Assembly (NCBI GenBank): GCA_963765535.1
Contig: CAVXWU010000017.1
Coordinates: 160,199 to 224,198 of the forward strand
DNA length: 64,000 bases
From: an uncultured Verrucomicrobiae bacterium
Lineage (GTDB): Bacteria; Verrucomicrobiota; Verrucomicrobiia; Limisphaerales; JAHDYP01
Reading direction: 5' to 3'
The position numbers and the translations under genes are program-made. Below are positions 45,722 to 56,368 of this stretch, piece by piece (the stretch's first letter is position 1; each line of letters starts with the position of its first letter). The notes below the pieces were generated by a model, which was given only the letters and a program-made list of their open reading frames with translations, was not told the origin of the DNA and did no database searches.

Positions 45722-47377
45722 CTAGAACCACTCCAATTTCAGATCCGCGTCGGCAAATTGCCAGGCCTTCTGCCGCTCGCTTTCGACTTCGGCGGCGGCG
45801 ATCCGCTTGTCCTGTTGCCGCAGCGACTCCGCCAAACCAAGCAGACCCCAGCCGTTCCGGGGCGTGCGTTTCAAATCCTCCCGAAATACCGCCTCTGCGC
45901 GCACAGGATCCCCGCTGCGCAAGAGGGCGGCGCCCAGGGTCTGGCGCACCGGGTAGTGCCAAAACGGCGGCTCCATATAGGGCAGCGCGTCCTGCGCCTC
46001 CACGGCCTGCTCGAATTGAACGACGGCTTCCGCCGGGTTCTCGCGTGCCTGCGCAACGTATCCCTCGAGCACCAGGCGCGCGATCCGGAGAATTCCACTC
46101 ACCGGCAGCAATGGAGAATCAAGCGCTGCAGCCTCTTTTCCATCGGAAATCCGCCGGAGCTCGACGAGCTCGGCTTCTGCTTGCTCGGTATTCCTTTTCG
46201 CGGCATAGGCTGCGCCGCGCGCGAAATGCCACATCGCGCGGTCCACCAGGAAATCGTTGGTCGCGGGTGGGCGGGCGGCGGCAAGGACATCGTCCCATTG
46301 GCCGAAGCGCAAATGCACCAGTAGCGGCAGATACCGGAAGCGCGGGGCTTCGTAGACCTTCAGGGGGCCGCAATAGTTGTCTGCGGCGTACTGGGCCACC
46401 TGTTGAGCGGCGCGGAGGGACTCGTGACTGCGGCCCTCGAGGCCGGTTGCGTACCACAGGAAATGAAGATTGTGAGGGTAATAAACGCCGGGATAGAAAC
46501 CCTGACCGCGGCACTCCGCAATGTAGGCACGATCGGCACCCGAGGCGCGCTCGTTGGCCAGGGTGGCCTCGTGGTACTCACCCACCCGCACGTAAATGTG
46601 CGAAGGCATGTGGGTAAGATGCCCGGCTTGCGGTGCGTAATGGGCCAGCCGTCGGGCAGAAACCAGTCCTTCCTCGGGTGTCGGACCCGCTTCAACGACG
46701 TGGATGCGAAAATGATTCGCGCCGGGATGATCCGGATTACGGGCCAGGACCGAACGAAGGGTTTGGATCACTTCCGAGATCCCTGGTCTGGGAGTCATGT
46801 CTTTGTTCCAGTAATTCCAAGGCGTGGTGTCCATCACGGCTTCGCAATACAGAACCGCTGCGTCAAGATCATCTGGATAATTCGCGGCTAACTCGCGCAT
46901 GGCATCGGCGTAGGCCTGGTCGAGTTCCACGCGATCCTCCGGCGGCTTCTCCGCGTAACGGCGTGCCAGGGCATCAATGTAAGCTCGGTCTCTGGCCTCT
47001 GCCTTTGGCTTCAACGCCACGGCCCGCTGCAACGCCTCCCAGGCTTGAGGCACGTCTTCTTCGGCCATCGGCCGGTTGATATTTGGACCGTGGGCGATGG
47101 AGACACCCCACCAGGCCATGGCGCAGTCGGGGTCCAGCACGGTCGCGGCACGGAAGGATCGCACGGCTTCGTCGTGGTTGAATCCGTAGAGGAGGGTCAG
47201 GCCTTGATCAAAATAGCGCTGCGCCAGGGGAACTTGGGTTGTAATGACATGATGCAGATTCCCCAGCCCATCAAAGAGCGGAGCGTTGGCCGAAGCCGGT
47301 GCGGATGCGGCGGCGGCGGAATAACCGGCCGCGAGAAGGACGGGGAGAATCCCCTTCAAGATGTGGACAGGTTTCAT
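45722..47377 (-). CDS. secreted TPR-repeat protein
   Basis: Signal peptide MKPVHILKGILPVLLAAGYSAAAASAPASA. All-helical, with repeated A/Y/W-rich 34-residue-like units (..AVRSFRAATVLDPDCAMAWWGVSIA..). Confidence 0.6.
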   Translation of the reverse strand: MKPVHILKGILPVLLAAGYSAAAASAPASANAPLFDGLGNLHHVITTQVPLAQRYFDQGLTLLYGFNHDEAVRSFRAATVLDPDCAMAWWGVSIAHGPNINRPMAEEDVPQAWEALQRAVALKPKAEARDRAYIDALARRYAEKPPEDRVELDQAYADAMRELAANYPDDLDAAVLYCEAVMDTTPWNYWNKDMTPRPGISEVIQTLRSVLARNPDHPGANHFRIHVVEAGPTPEEGLVSARRLAHYAPQAGHLTHMPSHIYVRVGEYHEATLANERASGADRAYIAECRGQGFYPGVYYPHNLHFLWYATGLEGRSHESLRAAQQVAQYAADNYCGPLKVYEAPRFRYLPLLVHLRFGQWDDVLAAARPPATNDFLVDRAMWHFARGAAYAAKRNTEQAEAELVELRRISDGKEAAALDSPLLPVSGILRIARLVLEGYVAQARENPAEAVVQFEQAVEAQDALPYMEPPFWHYPVRQTLGAALLRSGDPVRAEAVFREDLKRTPRNGWGLLGLAESLRQQDKRIAAAEVESERQKAWQFADADLKLEWF

Positions 47378-47480
47378 AGGCTGCTTGGGCTTGGACTTTA
47401 TAGTCTAATACGCGAAAGAACCAGACCTTCTTTCAACCGAATTGCAGTTTCCTGATCTTTGCTTCCCTTGATCCGGTCGA

Positions 47481-48779
47481 TCAGATGACCGCCGTCTTAA
47501 GGTCTCCCACAATGAATGGGGCGAATTCGGCTCGGAGATGGGGTGGGATGCGGGCCTTGAATGAGGCGCTCTTGCCGCCGTAATGGCGTTCGACGATTTG
47601 TGCCACGGCGTGCAGGCGTGCGATAGTGGGCGCTTCATGCTGAGGCACTTCAAGTTCGACGAAGTCGCGCACGGGCCGCAATAACGTGCCGAGGGCATCA
47701 AACAGGGCGACAAATCCCTCCTTGCAGAGGGCGGAGACAGCCACACTGTGGGCGCACGAAGCGAGTTGTCGTTCGACGGCACCGCCATTATCGACGCGGT
47801 CGATTTTGTTAAACACCGTAAGCGTCGGTTTCTCGGCGGCCCCGATTTCTGTTAAGACCCATTGCACCGCCTTCATTTGCTCATCCATTTGGGGATGGCT
47901 CAGATCGACGACATGGATCAAAAGGTCCGCGGTAACGACTTCTTCGAGTGTGGCCTTAAAGGCCTCGACCAAAGGGTGGGGTAATTTCCGAATGAAACCC
48001 ACCGTGTCCGACAACAAAACATTTTGATTACTGGGGAGTCGCAACCTTCGCGTGGTGGGATCAAGCGTGGCGAACAGTTTGTCTTCGACGAGGACGCCTG
48101 CGTCGGTCAAGGCATTGAGAAGCGTGGACTTGCCGGCATTGGTATAGCCGACGATGGAGGCGACCGGCCATAGATTGCGTCGCCGGCCCTTGCGCTGTGT
48201 TCCTCGTTGGCGTTGAACGACCTTTAATTCCTCGAGGATACGGGTGATCCGTTCCTGGACGCGGCGGCGGTCGGTCTCGAGCTGGGTTTCGCCATCACCG
48301 CGCATGCCGATGCCGCCTTTCTGGCGGGACAGATGGGTCCAGAACCGGGTTAAACGCGGGAGCAAATGCTGCAACTGCGCCAATTCCACCTGCAGCTTCC
48401 CTTCCCGGGTGCGCGCGCGCTGAGCGAATATATCCAGAATCAATGCCGTGCGGTCGAGGACCTTGCATTCAAACACAGTCTCAAGCGTGCGGCTCTGGGC
48501 GGGCGATAGGTCATCGTCAAAAATCACGGTGTCGACCCGGTTCTTTTGACAGAACGCGGCGAATTCATCCGCCTTGCCGCTCCCGATAAAGGTGCTGGCG
48601 ACCGGGGTGGGCAGCTTCTGTAAACCGTCACCGACCACCTCCCCTCCCGCTGTCTCGGCCAACTGCGTCAATTCTTCCATGGAATCGCGCACTTCCAGAT
48701 TGGTCCGATTCCGGAGCTCCGCTCCCACCAGAAAAATCCGCTCCGGGCTTCGATTATGCGTCGATAATAGTGCCTTCAA
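47481..48779 (-). CDS. hflX: GTPase HflX
   Basis: Typical HflX N-domain, then the G-domain SIVGYTNAGKSTLLNALT (G1), DKLFATLDPTTRRL (G2), LSDTVGFI (G3) and FNKID (G4). Confidence 0.9.
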   Translation of the reverse strand: MKALLSTHNRSPERIFLVGAELRNRTNLEVRDSMEELTQLAETAGGEVVGDGLQKLPTPVASTFIGSGKADEFAAFCQKNRVDTVIFDDDLSPAQSRTLETVFECKVLDRTALILDIFAQRARTREGKLQVELAQLQHLLPRLTRFWTHLSRQKGGIGMRGDGETQLETDRRRVQERITRILEELKVVQRQRGTQRKGRRRNLWPVASIVGYTNAGKSTLLNALTDAGVLVEDKLFATLDPTTRRLRLPSNQNVLLSDTVGFIRKLPHPLVEAFKATLEEVVTADLLIHVVDLSHPQMDEQMKAVQWVLTEIGAAEKPTLTVFNKIDRVDNGGAVERQLASCAHSVAVSALCKEGFVALFDALGTLLRPVRDFVELEVPQHEAPTIARLHAVAQIVERHYGGKSASFKARIPPHLRAEFAPFIVGDLKTAVI

Positions 48780-48866
48780 TCCGATTGTCTTAGGTTGTCA
48801 TTCCGATGTCTGTCCGGGCCAGCGAGCAATAAGCTATCATGGGCCGCGCCAAAGAAAAGTCGCATG

Positions 48867-49832
48867 TTATTCGCGAACCAAAAGTCGTGCGATGCGTTGC
48901 GCAATCTCGAGCGCGGTGTCCCCAGGCGCAATGTTCAGCCACCTGACCTCCATTTGCCGCCGGAACCAGGTCATTTGGCGTTTGGCAAGCTGCCGCGTCT
49001 TAAGTTGGATTCGCTCCCGTGTTTCGGCCAGCGAATATTGTCCGCGGAGATACTCGACCACCTGACGATAACCGATCGCCTGCATGGCGGTGGGGTTCTT
49101 CTCCAACCCGGCTTCCAATAGTTGCTCCGTCTCCTGGATGAGCCCGCCCTGGAACATCTCTTCCACGCGCGCTTGAATGCGCGCCGAGAGGTCGCCCGGC
49201 TCACGAGCCAGGCCGAACATTTTCCAGCCATCGTCGAGGAGCTGCCCGCGTCCGGCTTCAAGCCGTGGCCATTCGGCTTGTTGTTGGGAGAACGGCTTGC
49301 CACTCAACCGCACCACTTCAACCGCGCGGATCACGCGTCGCCGATTCTGACGATCGACCTTTGAGTAACTACCCGGATCTCTGCGTCGAAGTTCGTCCAA
49401 CAACTCCTCAAGGGAGGCCTCATCCAAAGCCATGCGCAAAGCCTGGGATCCGGGTGGGGCCGCACCCAGGCCATGCCGGAGCGCGGCAAAGTAAAGCCCG
49501 GTGCCTCCACAAAGGACGGGGGTCTTCCGGTCTTCCAGCAAGGCATGAATCTCCGCTCGGGCGGTATCGCGAAAGGATGCCGCGTCGAAGCTCCGATCCA
49601 AATCGAGGAGGTCGATGAGGTGGTGTTTGACGCGGTTCTGGTCTGCGACGGTGGGTTTGGCCGTGCCGATATTCATGCCGCGGTAGACCTGCATGGAATC
49701 GACCGACACGACTTCGCCTCCCACCAACAGGCTCAATTCGAGGGCCACGCCCGATTTACCGCTCGCCGTGGGTCCGACGATGCCGATAATTCTCCCGAGA
49801 GGCGTCTCAGTAACCGGAGGCAGGTCTTTCAC
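48867..49832 (-). CDS. miaA: tRNA dimethylallyltransferase MiaA
   Basis: IIGIVGPTASGKSGVALELS.. VSVDSMQVYRGMNIGTAKPT.. HHLIDLLD.. are canonical MiaA blocks. Confidence 0.9.
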   Translation of the reverse strand: MKDLPPVTETPLGRIIGIVGPTASGKSGVALELSLLVGGEVVSVDSMQVYRGMNIGTAKPTVADQNRVKHHLIDLLDLDRSFDAASFRDTARAEIHALLEDRKTPVLCGGTGLYFAALRHGLGAAPPGSQALRMALDEASLEELLDELRRRDPGSYSKVDRQNRRRVIRAVEVVRLSGKPFSQQQAEWPRLEAGRGQLLDDGWKMFGLAREPGDLSARIQARVEEMFQGGLIQETEQLLEAGLEKNPTAMQAIGYRQVVEYLRGQYSLAETRERIQLKTRQLAKRQMTWFRRQMEVRWLNIAPGDTALEIAQRIARLLVRE

Positions 49833-50389
49833 TCGCGGCGAGATTCGGTGATCGGCTTGGGTGAGGATGGGCTCTCACCGGTGGTCCGGGCATCATCGGT
49901 TTCCTCCTCTTTCTGCCAGGACAGGAGGAAGAGCAATCCCACGCCAACGCAAATCGCGCTGTCCGCGATATTAAAGGCCGGGAATCCGAGCTCTCCGCCA
50001 CCACGCCGGTTGAGGTAGAAGTAAAGAAAATCGATCACGTGTCCGCGGAGGAACCGGTCCACGAGATTGCCGGCGATTCCCCCGAAAATCAGTCCCAGGG
50101 CGATCTGCCCCGGTTTGGTGTGCACGTCAAAGTGATGCCGGGTTGCGAAGAGGACCAACAGGGCGAGCACGGCGAACACGGCGAGGAACATATTACTGCT
50201 GGAAAACCGGTTGAAAAGGCTCCAGGCGGCGCCGGTATTGCCCCAATGAACCAGCGTGAAAAAGCCATCCACCACCACCTTTTCCTGGGCATAACCAAGA
50301 TACCGAAGGACCAGAAGTTTGGTCAGTTGGTCACAAATCAGGACCGCCGATGCCACCAGGATCAATCGACGTGTAGAACCCAGCTTCAC
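49829..50389 (-). CDS. lspA: lipoprotein signal peptidase (signal peptidase II)
   Basis: Four TM segments. VHWGNTGAAWSLF and FPAFNIADSAICVGV carry the two catalytic Asp/Asn blocks. There is a 4-nt overlap with the miaA start. Confidence 0.85.
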   Translation of the reverse strand: MKLGSTRRLILVASAVLICDQLTKLLVLRYLGYAQEKVVVDGFFTLVHWGNTGAAWSLFNRFSSSNMFLAVFAVLALLVLFATRHHFDVHTKPGQIALGLIFGGIAGNLVDRFLRGHVIDFLYFYLNRRGGGELGFPAFNIADSAICVGVGLLFLLSWQKEEETDDARTTGESPSSPKPITESRRE

Positions 50390-50392
50390 AGG

Positions 50393-51499
50393 TCAACTCA
50401 TCCGCATCGGCATGATCACGTAAAGAAACGGACCATTGATCTTGATCACGCCCGGACTCAACTCGTCCGCGATCTCGAAGAAGACCTCATCGACGTCCAG
50501 GGCCCGGAGGGGATCAATCAGGAAAGCGGGGTTGAAGGCTATCGCACGGTCATCGCCCTTGTAGTTGATCGCCAGGTTTTCGCAGGCTTCACCCACTTCG
50601 GGTGTGTTCGCCGTGATCGACAGGCTGTTCCGTGTAAATGCCAGCTTTACGGAATTGGACTTCTCGCTGGTCATAATCTCCGCCCGCCGGAGGGCCTGCA
50701 GCAATTCCTCGCGCGCCAGGGCAATCCGCTCGGCTGTTTCGGTCGGAATGACCTGTTTATAGTTGGGGTAATTCCCTTCCACGAGTTTCGTGACGATCAG
50801 GGTGCCCCCTTGTTCTCCGTTCAAACGAAACGCCGCCTGGTTCTCGCTCACTTTTATTTCGACGTCGCCCTTGGTCTGTAACAGGCGATTGAGCTCATTG
50901 ATGGCCTTGGTCGGGATGATGAACTCGAGTGGCCCATCCGGGCTCGCCTCCACTTCCTCATCGGTGAGGGCGAGGCGCCGTCCATCCGTGGCTACGAGTG
51001 TCACCCGATGCTCCTTAAGGCTGAGAAAAATCCCATTAAGCACATAGCGGGTCTCGTCCGTCGATACAGCGAAGGATGTGCGCTTGAGCATGCCCTTCAG
51101 TTTCTCCTGCGGAAGGACGAGCTTCCCGTTATCGGCGAACTGTGGGAGTGGAGGAAATTCTTCAGCGGACAGGCCGTTGATTCGGTAATAAGAGCCTCCG
51201 GCTTTGATGCGGCAACCGTTCTTGTCGTCCACTTCCACATCCAATTCGAGCGCGCCAAGTTCGCGGGCGATCCCGAAGAGCTTCTTGACCGGGACAGTGA
51301 TTGCGCCGGGGCGTTTGATGTTGGCCTGGACCGAGCTGCTGACGGTGACATCGAGGTCCGTGGCCGTGAGCACCAAACGCTCCTCCTCACCCCGCAGCAA
51401 CACGTTCGAAAGAATAGGAAGCGTGGTGCGCGACCCCACGACGTTCTGCACTGCTTGCAGGCCGTTGAGGAGTTGCTCTTTGGCAATGGTCAATTTCAT
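50393..51499 (-). CDS. dnaN: DNA polymerase III beta sliding clamp
   Basis: MKLTIAKEQLLNGLQAVQNVVGSRTTLPILSNVLL.. is the canonical DnaN N-terminus. 368 aa, ending ..LYVIMPMRMS. Confidence 0.9.
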   Translation of the reverse strand: MKLTIAKEQLLNGLQAVQNVVGSRTTLPILSNVLLRGEEERLVLTATDLDVTVSSSVQANIKRPGAITVPVKKLFGIARELGALELDVEVDDKNGCRIKAGGSYYRINGLSAEEFPPLPQFADNGKLVLPQEKLKGMLKRTSFAVSTDETRYVLNGIFLSLKEHRVTLVATDGRRLALTDEEVEASPDGPLEFIIPTKAINELNRLLQTKGDVEIKVSENQAAFRLNGEQGGTLIVTKLVEGNYPNYKQVIPTETAERIALAREELLQALRRAEIMTSEKSNSVKLAFTRNSLSITANTPEVGEACENLAINYKGDDRAIAFNPAFLIDPLRALDVDEVFFEIADELSPGVIKINGPFLYVIMPMRMS

Positions 51500-51519
51500 C
51501 TGTCCCTTAATATGCTGTT

Positions 51520-51716
51520 TCTTGGATAAAGGAAAAGCGTCTTATTAAGGGCTGTGAATAATAGAGCCGCGTCGCGCTGTCAAGGAGACCGGAAGGACTT
51601 ACATCCGTAAAGCGCGGTGAATAACAGCGCCGCCTGCCTGCTGCCCGCTGCCCGTAACAAAACGGTAACCTGCTTGTGCCGCCTTTGCTCCCATCCTATT
51701 CACCGTGTTTTCCACA
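51520..51716. promoter_or_regulatory. cluster of DnaA-box-like 9-mers upstream of dnaN
   Basis: TGTGAATAA (51553-51561) has 1 mismatch to TGTGGATAA. TTTTCCACA (51708-51716) has 1 mismatch to TTATCCACA. GGTGAATAA (51616-51624) and CTTGGATAA (51521-51529) each have 2 mismatches. All lie in the 286-nt gap between dnaN and the upstream gene. Confidence 0.35.
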
Positions 51717-51785
51717 ATCCTTCCTCATCCGATTCTTCCTCGCCCGCCCCTGATCACCCGGTCCCAACCCTTGCCAACGCGATGT

Positions 51786-52934
51786 TTAGCCGAATTCCCG
51801 GAGTCTCCCCACCAGCGATGGAAATATTCGGGCAACGCGCTCGATCTCTTCCGCCGTCGTTTCGCGTCCCAGGGAAAATCGCACGAAACTATTGGCCAGC
51901 GACTCGGGCACGCCCATGGAAAGGAGGACGTGTGATGGCCGGAGGGACCCTGAAGAACAGGCGGCGCCGCTTGAGGCGCAAATGCCTTCGAGATCCAGGG
52001 CCGCCAGCAAACCGAGGCTGTCGCAGCCTCCCACAGTTACGGCGACCGTATTGGAGAGGCACTCTTCTCCGGCCCCGGTTAAGGCGACTCCTTCGACGGC
52101 CAGGAGTGATTGGCGCAGAAGTGCGCGCAGGGGAAGGAGTTTATTTGCCGGGAAGACCGGGGTGGAAATGAAGTGTTCCGCGGCCTTAACAAGTCCGATA
52201 ATCCCCGCCAGATTCTCGGTACCCGCTCGGCGTTCCCATTCATGCCCGCCACCCACGAGGATCGAATGGGGCTGCAAGGGCGAACGGATAAACAAGACCC
52301 CGGCGCCCTTTGGGCCATGGAACTTATGCGCGCAAATGGACACCAGGTCGGCATGGAATTGATCGATTCCCTGGAACGGTTCCTTTCCGAACCACTGCAC
52401 CGCATCCGTATGAAAACAGACCTCTCGTTCTCGGCAGAGGTCTCCCACCTCCGACACCGACTGGATCGTGCCCGTCTCATTGTTCGCAGCCATAAGCGAG
52501 ACCAGGATTGTATCCTCGCGGAGGGCGATGCGGACCGCTTCGGGATCGACCCAGCCCTCCGAATTTGGGGCGAGCAGCGTAGCTTCAAACCCTTCATGTC
52601 GCACCAGATATTCGATGCAATGCAAGACGGCGTGGTGCTCGGATGAAGAGGAAATCAAGTGCCGGCCATGTTCTTTTCGAAGCCGCGCCGTGCCGAAGAT
52701 TGCGAGGTTATTGCTTTCCGTACCGCCACTAGTGAAGACAAGCTCCCCCGGCTTGCACAGGAGTTGTGCCGCGAGTCGTTCTCGAGCGTCGTCCAGGGCG
52801 GCGCGCGAGCGTCGTCCGACGCTATGGATGCTCGACGGGTTACCATAGGTTTCCTGGAGGAAAGGAAGCATGGCCTCGAGCACGATCGGGTCGAGCGGTG
52901 TGGTCGCATTATAGTCGAGATAGAGCGGCGACAT
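51786..52934 (-). CDS. cysteine desulfurase (NifS/IscS class)
   Basis: MSPLYLDYNATTPLDP.., SSSEHHAVL, PLP-lysine block CAHKFHGPKGAG, catalytic Cys loop SSGAACSSG. Confidence 0.85.
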   Translation of the reverse strand: MSPLYLDYNATTPLDPIVLEAMLPFLQETYGNPSSIHSVGRRSRAALDDARERLAAQLLCKPGELVFTSGGTESNNLAIFGTARLRKEHGRHLISSSSEHHAVLHCIEYLVRHEGFEATLLAPNSEGWVDPEAVRIALREDTILVSLMAANNETGTIQSVSEVGDLCREREVCFHTDAVQWFGKEPFQGIDQFHADLVSICAHKFHGPKGAGVLFIRSPLQPHSILVGGGHEWERRAGTENLAGIIGLVKAAEHFISTPVFPANKLLPLRALLRQSLLAVEGVALTGAGEECLSNTVAVTVGGCDSLGLLAALDLEGICASSGAACSSGSLRPSHVLLSMGVPESLANSFVRFSLGRETTAEEIERVARIFPSLVGRLREFG

Positions 52935-53058
52935 TTCAGGATCCTGGATGGCTCTGGGCGGTCACGGACCGGTTGAACATTGCCGGGTTGCTTGCCGGGA
53001 GCAAGGATTCAATGAGGATGGCGCTTCCCTCGCCGCCTGGTTCTGTCTTTAATCGGGC

Positions 53059-53700
53059 ATGCTTGACGTTGAGCTCATTCGGGCGCAGGAAAAGGGGTCA
53101 CGGCGGCTGACAGTTGTGCTGCATGGCCTGGGGGATAGCATGGAGGGGTATCGCTGGTTGCCTGATGCCATGAAATTGCCGGGGATGAACTACCTCCTGG
53201 TCAATGCGCCCGACCGCTATTACGGCGGATACTCCTGGTATGATTTCGCGCAGGACGACCGCGTTGGGGTGAGTCGGAGCCGTCGGCTTTTGTTTTCGTT
53301 GCTGGACGCCCAGGAAAAGGAAGGGTACCCCGCGGCGGAGACGGTATTATTCGGTTTTTCGCAAGGATGTCTGATGACGATTGACGTGGGATTCCGATAT
53401 CGGCGGCGCCTGGGCGGGATGGTGGGAATCAGCGGTTACGTGTATTCGCCGGCGGAACTGCTATCAGAATTATCGCCTGTGGCCCGCGAACAGCGCCTGT
53501 TATTCACCCATGGCCGCTATGATCCCCTCATTCCCATTGGACCTGTCCGAGCTCAGGTTGCCCAGCTTCAGACGGCCGGGCTACAGATCACCTGGCGCGA
53601 ATTCGATAAAGACCATACCATCGCCGGCGAACCGGAACTCGCCTGCATCCGCGAATTTGTAAGTCACGTCTATGAGCCTTTTCACGCCAGCCCGCCTTGA
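53059..53700 (+). CDS. phospholipase/carboxylesterase-family alpha/beta hydrolase
   Basis: LTVVLHGLGDS.., nucleophile elbow GFSQGC, ..LFTHGRYDPLIP.., ..DKDHTI... The 213-aa size fits the Abhydrolase_2 type. Confidence 0.7.
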   Translation: MLDVELIRAQEKGSRRLTVVLHGLGDSMEGYRWLPDAMKLPGMNYLLVNAPDRYYGGYSWYDFAQDDRVGVSRSRRLLFSLLDAQEKEGYPAAETVLFGFSQGCLMTIDVGFRYRRRLGGMVGISGYVYSPAELLSELSPVAREQRLLFTHGRYDPLIPIGPVRAQVAQLQTAGLQITWREFDKDHTIAGEPELACIREFVSHVYEPFHASPP

Positions 53701-56321
53701 TGCGATATCCGGTCCCGCCCTCTCAATCCTGCATCTCCCGGCCCGCCGTAAAACCGGCCTGCTTGCGATGCTGCTGCTTTGGCCAACCGCCGCATCGCTC
53801 CTGGGCGCTCCGTCCGTTTCCAGTTTCGCGCCCGATCGGGGTGTTCCCGGCACCCAGGTGATCGTGCGAGGGTCGGGCCTCGCCACTGCCAGCAAGATTC
53901 TATTTGGAGACGCGCCCGGGGATTTCACGGCGATCGCCGACGACCGTTTGCTGGCCATCGTGCCCCCGGACGGCATCAGCGGTCGAATTCGGGTCACCAA
54001 CCCAACCGGGTCAGGGAACAGCGCGAGCGATTTCATGGTGGCTCCGCGCGTCACATCATTCGATCCTGCGCGCAGCGGCACCAACACGGCGGTGACGATC
54101 GAGGGGTTCAATTTCCTGAGCGTGACGAATGTGCAATTCGCGGGACGCACCGCCGCGTTTACTGCCACGGCGGCGACGCAGATCCGAGCCATCGTCCCGG
54201 TCGAAGCCACCAATGGTTCGATCCGGGTTTCGAGCCCGGCAGGAGTCGCCACCAGCACTGCGGAGTTCATTGTGACGGGACCGGGGCCGATCATCGATTC
54301 GTTCGAGCCGCCGATCGGGCTGCCGGGGACGGAGGTGCTTATCCAGGGAGCGAATTTTACTCACGTGACGGCAGTCCGCTTTAACACCGCGAACGCCACC
54401 ACGGTTTCAACACCGGCAGAGACCCAGTTGCGCGCCCTGGTGCCCGCCGGCGCGACCACGGGGAAGATCATCGTATCGACCAGCGGCGGGTCGGTGACGA
54501 GCGCGGTGGATTTCGTCGTGTCGGGCCGGCCATTGATCCGTTCCTTCAGTCCGCGGTTCGGTCGTGATGGTTTCACCCAGGTCACCCTCGAAGGATTGAA
54601 CTTCACGGGATTGTCCGGAGTCGGATTCAACGGGAAGCCCGTGAGCGGGATCGCGACTCCGGCCGAGAACCAGATCCAGGTGACCGTGCCGCCGGGCGCG
54701 ACCACGGGATTGATCACGGTGACCAACGCGAGCGGCGTGGGAACAAGCGGGGAAAACTTCACGATCACTCTGGCCCCGATCATCGAGTATTTTGATCCGC
54801 TCCAGGGCGGGCCGGGAACGCCGGTGACGATCGGCGGCATTAATCTCAGCAATGGCTTCACCGTGCTCAAGTTCGGTGAAGTTCCCGCTCCGTTCACCGT
54901 CACCGGTCAGAACGGGACGCAGGTTCGTGCCCTTGTGCCGGCGGGCGCGAAATCGGGGCCTCTCACCATGACGAACGCGTTTGGCCGCTTCGTAACCTTC
55001 GAGACCTTTTTCGTGGCGGGATCCGAACCGTATGTCTCGAAACTCACACCCGATCGGGGCGCTCGCGGGACCGAGGTGATCCTTTCGGGCGGCAATTTTA
55101 CCAGCCCGGCCACCGTCCGATTTGGGGGCGTGCTTGATTCCACCGCGGCCGTCACGGCGCTCACGCAAATTCGGGCCATCGTGCCCGCTGGCGCGTTGTC
55201 CGGTCCGGGTACTCGTGACCACAGCGTCGGGAACGAGCACCAATGGGCCGGTCTTCCATGTACCGCCGAGGTTGGCTTCGATCACGCCTGGTGAAGGTGT
55301 CGTTGGCGCGACGGTGGCATTGGTGGGGACTAATTTCATTGATGCCGCCGCGGTGCTCTTCGATGGCATCGAAGCCGACTTCCAGTTGACGGCCTCGAAT
55401 CACATTGATGCGGTCGTGCCGGACAACGCGAGGTCAGGGCCCATCACGGTCGTAACCCCGGGCGGCGCCATTATCAGCACGAACCAGTTCAAGGTCACTC
55501 CAGATATCCAATCATTCTCGCCGGTCCTCGGGCCGGCGGGGATTCCAGTGAACATCTTGGGCACGACCTTTACCAACGTCACGAGCGTCACTTTCAACAA
55601 TGCGGCCGCCGCTTTTACCACACTCTCTCGGGGCGAGCTGGTGGCCACCGTGCCGGCTCAAGCGACAACCGGCGCGATCCGAGTCACGACGCAGGCGGGG
55701 ACATCCGTCAGCACAAATGCCTTTCTGGTAACTCAAAGCAGCGATATGGAGCTCAAGATGACCGTGACGCCGGCGTTGGTCGCTCCCAACAATACGCTGG
55801 TATTCACGATCGTGGCTTCAAATCTTGGTCCGTCCGTAGTCTCTGAGGTTAAGATCAGCGATCCCCTGCCGCTGGGCCTGCAGGTCCTTGAGGTCAATTC
55901 CGATCGCGGACTCGTTACGCACACCAATGGCGTGGTCAGTGGCGCGGTCGAGGCCTTGACCAACGGCACTGCCATGACGCTTAACATTTCCGCACTCGCT
56001 ACCGAAATCGGAGGATTTACCAACCGCGCCTCGGTCACGTTCCGGGAGGTCGATACTATGCCGGCCGACAACCAGGCGGGTGTGGCGTTTACGGTGATTG
56101 CGGATGAGGCCAGGGACCTGGCCATTCAAGCCGCCTCCGGCCCGTTGGTGATCGTGAGTTGGCCGGCCTCAGCCGTGCCCTTCATCCTCCAATCCACGAC
56201 CAACTTTAATTCCACCAACTCATGGATGGCGTTTCCCGTGACCCCCGTCGTAGTTCAGGGGCGAAACACCATAACAAACGAAGCCCAGGGGGAACGCTTT
56301 TTCCGACTGCTCCGTCCGTGA
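53672..56321 (+). pseudogene. IPT/TIG-repeat surface protein with DUF11-like domain, interrupted by a +1 frameshift near 55208
   Basis: There are about 11 repeats of the pattern P..G..G..V.I.G.NF......V.F.G..A.F......I.A.VP.GA.SG.I.V.. across two ORFs (53672-55294 and 55122-56321). At CCGGG (55205-55209), removing one G turns ..ALSGPGTRDHS.. into ..ALSGPVLVTTASGTSTNGPVFHV.., which restores the repeat consensus. The C-terminus carries a DUF11-like segment and an ..ERFFRLLRP tail. Confidence 0.75.
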
Positions 56322-56368
56322 ATGTCGATCCCGGTCCGCATATGCGGCCCTCGAACCCATAAACATCC

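Noticed and set aside
51500-51785. Calling this gap the chromosomal origin (oriC)
   Set aside because: There are only two 1-mismatch DnaA boxes, no obvious AT-rich DUE and no dnaA nearby. The evidence is insufficient without a GC-skew analysis.
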